64,000 nucleotides of DNA from Octopus sinensis. Taxonomy: Eukaryota. A model generated the notes under the pieces. It was not told where the DNA came from. It ran no database searches and saw only the letters and a program-made list of their open reading frames with translations. Position 1 is the stretch's first letter. Every line of letters begins with the position of its first letter. Positions 63,263-64,000 of this stretch are shown here, piece after piece. The position numbers were made by a program, and so were the translations under genes. The DNA is taken from the NCBI RefSeq assembly GCF_006345805.1, contig NC_042998.1, positions 52,700,001 to 52,764,000 of the forward strand, read 5' to 3'.

Positions 63263-64000
63263 TATATACATATATATGTAGTTAGGTTATATTCTGCTGA
63301 GAATGTAGTAGAGTATAGTGTAAAACTCATCCACCTTCAGATTTCACACCTAACCAAATACCTGTGAACCTGGAGAACTACATTGCATGGAAACAATTGT
63401 AGTGATTATAAATAAATGTTCTTCTGTACTCCTTCTTGACTCCAACTTATTCATGTATGTATACACGCACGCACTCACAAATTTTTTTTGTATTAATATT
63501 TATCAAAAGTAACAGAGTGACTTATGGTCCCAGAGTTTGTGCATTGGCACTTATGAAACTAGTCTCAAGTCAAAGACCTGTGAGTTTATAGCTATTGATA
63601 AATAAATCTTTAGTTAAATATATTCAATGAGAATATTATATACTGAATTTATATTGAGTGTTCAATTATATCAAAGTATTAATACTATTAAAGTATTTAT
63701 ATATTTAAGTACAAGCGATTATATACACATATATTTTTTAATAATATATTATTATTAATATTAGGAAATCAATATCAAAACTCCTCAGAAAGATATACAC
63801 ATGTGAAAAATAATTGTTGTATTAAAGATATATAAATAAATAAATAAATAAATAAATATAAATATGTAAAAAAATATAAGTAAGTATGTATAAGTATAAA
63901 TATATAATGTATATGACAGTTTAAAAGTTTTGAATTAATTATTTAAAGCATCTTATGATTGTTTCACAGAAGAGTTGTCCCTATAATGAAATCCTATATT

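Overview
AT-rich, microsatellite-saturated eukaryotic non-coding DNA. The SINE families and the (TA)n/(CA)n/(ATT)n/(CAT)n density point to an octopus (cephalopod) genome; this is inference from recognised repeat sequences. One host exon is clear: a 138-nt minus-strand exon of a classical (probably receptor-type) protein tyrosine phosphatase at 46747-46884. The rest is intronic or intergenic and packed with mobile-element relics. These include several tRNA-derived SINE families, RTE-type 3' ends, two RLE-type LINE fragments, a Penelope-like element with an internal inversion, a miniature Ty3/Gypsy remnant, Tc1/mariner, pogo/Tigger, piggyBac and hAT relics, and two non-autonomous Helitrons, one carrying a piggyBac transposase fragment. 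Two hammerhead-ribozyme-like motifs share an unusual U4C core. A CpG-rich, E-box-rich region at about 31.2-32.4 kb may be a promoter. No rRNA, true tRNA or CRISPR features were seen. Nearly all ORFs in the supplied track are microsatellite or SINE read-throughs. Repeat boundaries are approximate (about 10-20 bp) unless a junction is stated.
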